DNA of 64,000 nucleotides from Oopsacas minuta (lineage: Eukaryota; Animalia; Porifera): positions 384,800 through 448,799 of the forward strand of contig JAKMXF010000308.1 in the NCBI GenBank assembly GCA_024704765.1, in the 5' to 3' direction. Of this stretch, positions 63,118 to 64,000 are shown piece by piece (positions within the stretch are counted from its first letter, which is position 1; every line of letters begins with the position of its first letter). The notes under the pieces are model-generated. The model was given only the letters and a program-made list of their open reading frames with translations. It was not told the DNA's origin and did not search any database. The position numbers and the translations under genes were made by a program.

Positions 63118-63378
63118 TATTTTTACCTGGCGAAAGACACAAAGTGGAAACAGAAAAAATGAAATAATGTAAAGTCCTCCTGTCTAAGTCCTTTAAGAAA
63201 ATATAACTATTCAGATAGATTCAAGTCAATTCTACACTTAAAATCAAACTTCTGAGTGATCTATCTGTGACTAACGGGACTTCATATATGTAAAATTTAA
63301 ATCACAAACTAAAATTGTAAAATGAAAAGAGACAGTCAACTTTATATAAGAATATAGTTCAGTCTCGTTAACATTATA

Positions 63379-64000
63379 CAAAGGGATTTCAAGTAGTTCG
63401 TAACCTTAGCTATTGCTATCATTGTTTAACCACATGTATTTACTATTTGCATCTAATTTATAGCTAAGATTTTCGTCTATTTAGGACACTATACTTTGTG
63501 GAAATTGATTTGATATTTTTTGAGGTACACCCTTTTGAAGATAGGTTATAGCAACTACAGAAGAATTTATGGCTTCGAAATCTAATGAATTTCTACTTGA
63601 ACAAAGAGCATACATCAAAATCCGCTCATTACTCGGCGATATGCCAAGGAATATCCACCAAGATTTAGTACAGGTATATGGTGGGGAGGTCTGTTCGGAA
63701 TCAACCGTTAAGAAGTGGAGTCTACGTTTTCGTGAAGGTAGGGTGTCGGTTGAAGATGACCCTCGGATGGGGCAACCTATAATTGCTACCATTGCACACA
63801 ATATTGCTCTTGTAGCTGAAATGTGTGACTCTGATCCCCATATTACGATAGAGCAGTTAGCTACCAGCCTAACTTTGTCAACGGGAAGTGTTCATGCAAT
63901 TCTGACCAAGCATCTTGGTATGTCCAAGGTTTGCTCACGTTGGGTCCCATATTTGTTGAATCAGACTCAAAAGAAGACCCGGGTGAGAATTGCAAAAAAA
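63379..64000 (+). mobile_element. mariner element, 5' part; transposase frame open from ATG 63569 to the window end (144 codons)
   Basis: MASKSNEFLLEQRAYIKIR..VKKWSLRFREGRVSVEDDPRMGQP..LGMSKVCSRWVPYLL, with no stop. A candidate left TIR follows TA at 63377-63378. Confidence 0.88.

Noticed and set aside
1-64000. tRNA, rRNA or snRNA genes
   Set aside because: No cloverleaf, A/B-box or rRNA signature was recognised by eye; a tRNAscan-SE/Infernal run would be needed to exclude them formally.

Overview
AT-rich eukaryotic DNA, most likely from an invertebrate animal (organism not determinable here). The window is almost entirely nested, mostly decayed DNA transposons: Tc1/mariner (DD34E x2, DD37E, DD37D/maT x3, a DD41D-like fragment, DD34D mariner x2), hAT (two ZNF862-like relics, one Buster-type element with perfect TIRs and TSD, one C-terminal fragment), THAP/P-superfamily (three relics plus a non-autonomous partner), MULE (three relics, one followed by an OTU protease domain), a Ginger2/KRBA2-like integrase, a Sola2-like transposase, Helitron-like non-autonomous repeats and several MITEs/foldbacks. 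The only long, uninterrupted, non-transposon frame is a 471-codon coiled-coil ORF (52205-53620) that begins at a strong splice acceptor. I found no rRNA, tRNA, CRISPR or prokaryotic operon. Best leads: (1) the MULE-OTU architecture plus a second OTU relic; (2) a long-TIR P-superfamily element and its non-autonomous partner with apparent 7-bp TSDs; (3) the orphan coiled-coil exon; (4) an element whose ends match the RSS heptamer CACAGTG; (5) a Sola2-like element beside a 16-bp x18 array; (6) about 650-bp inverted arms bracketing about 15 kb. Alignments and translations were done by eye and family names come from remembered motifs, so all need database confirmation.
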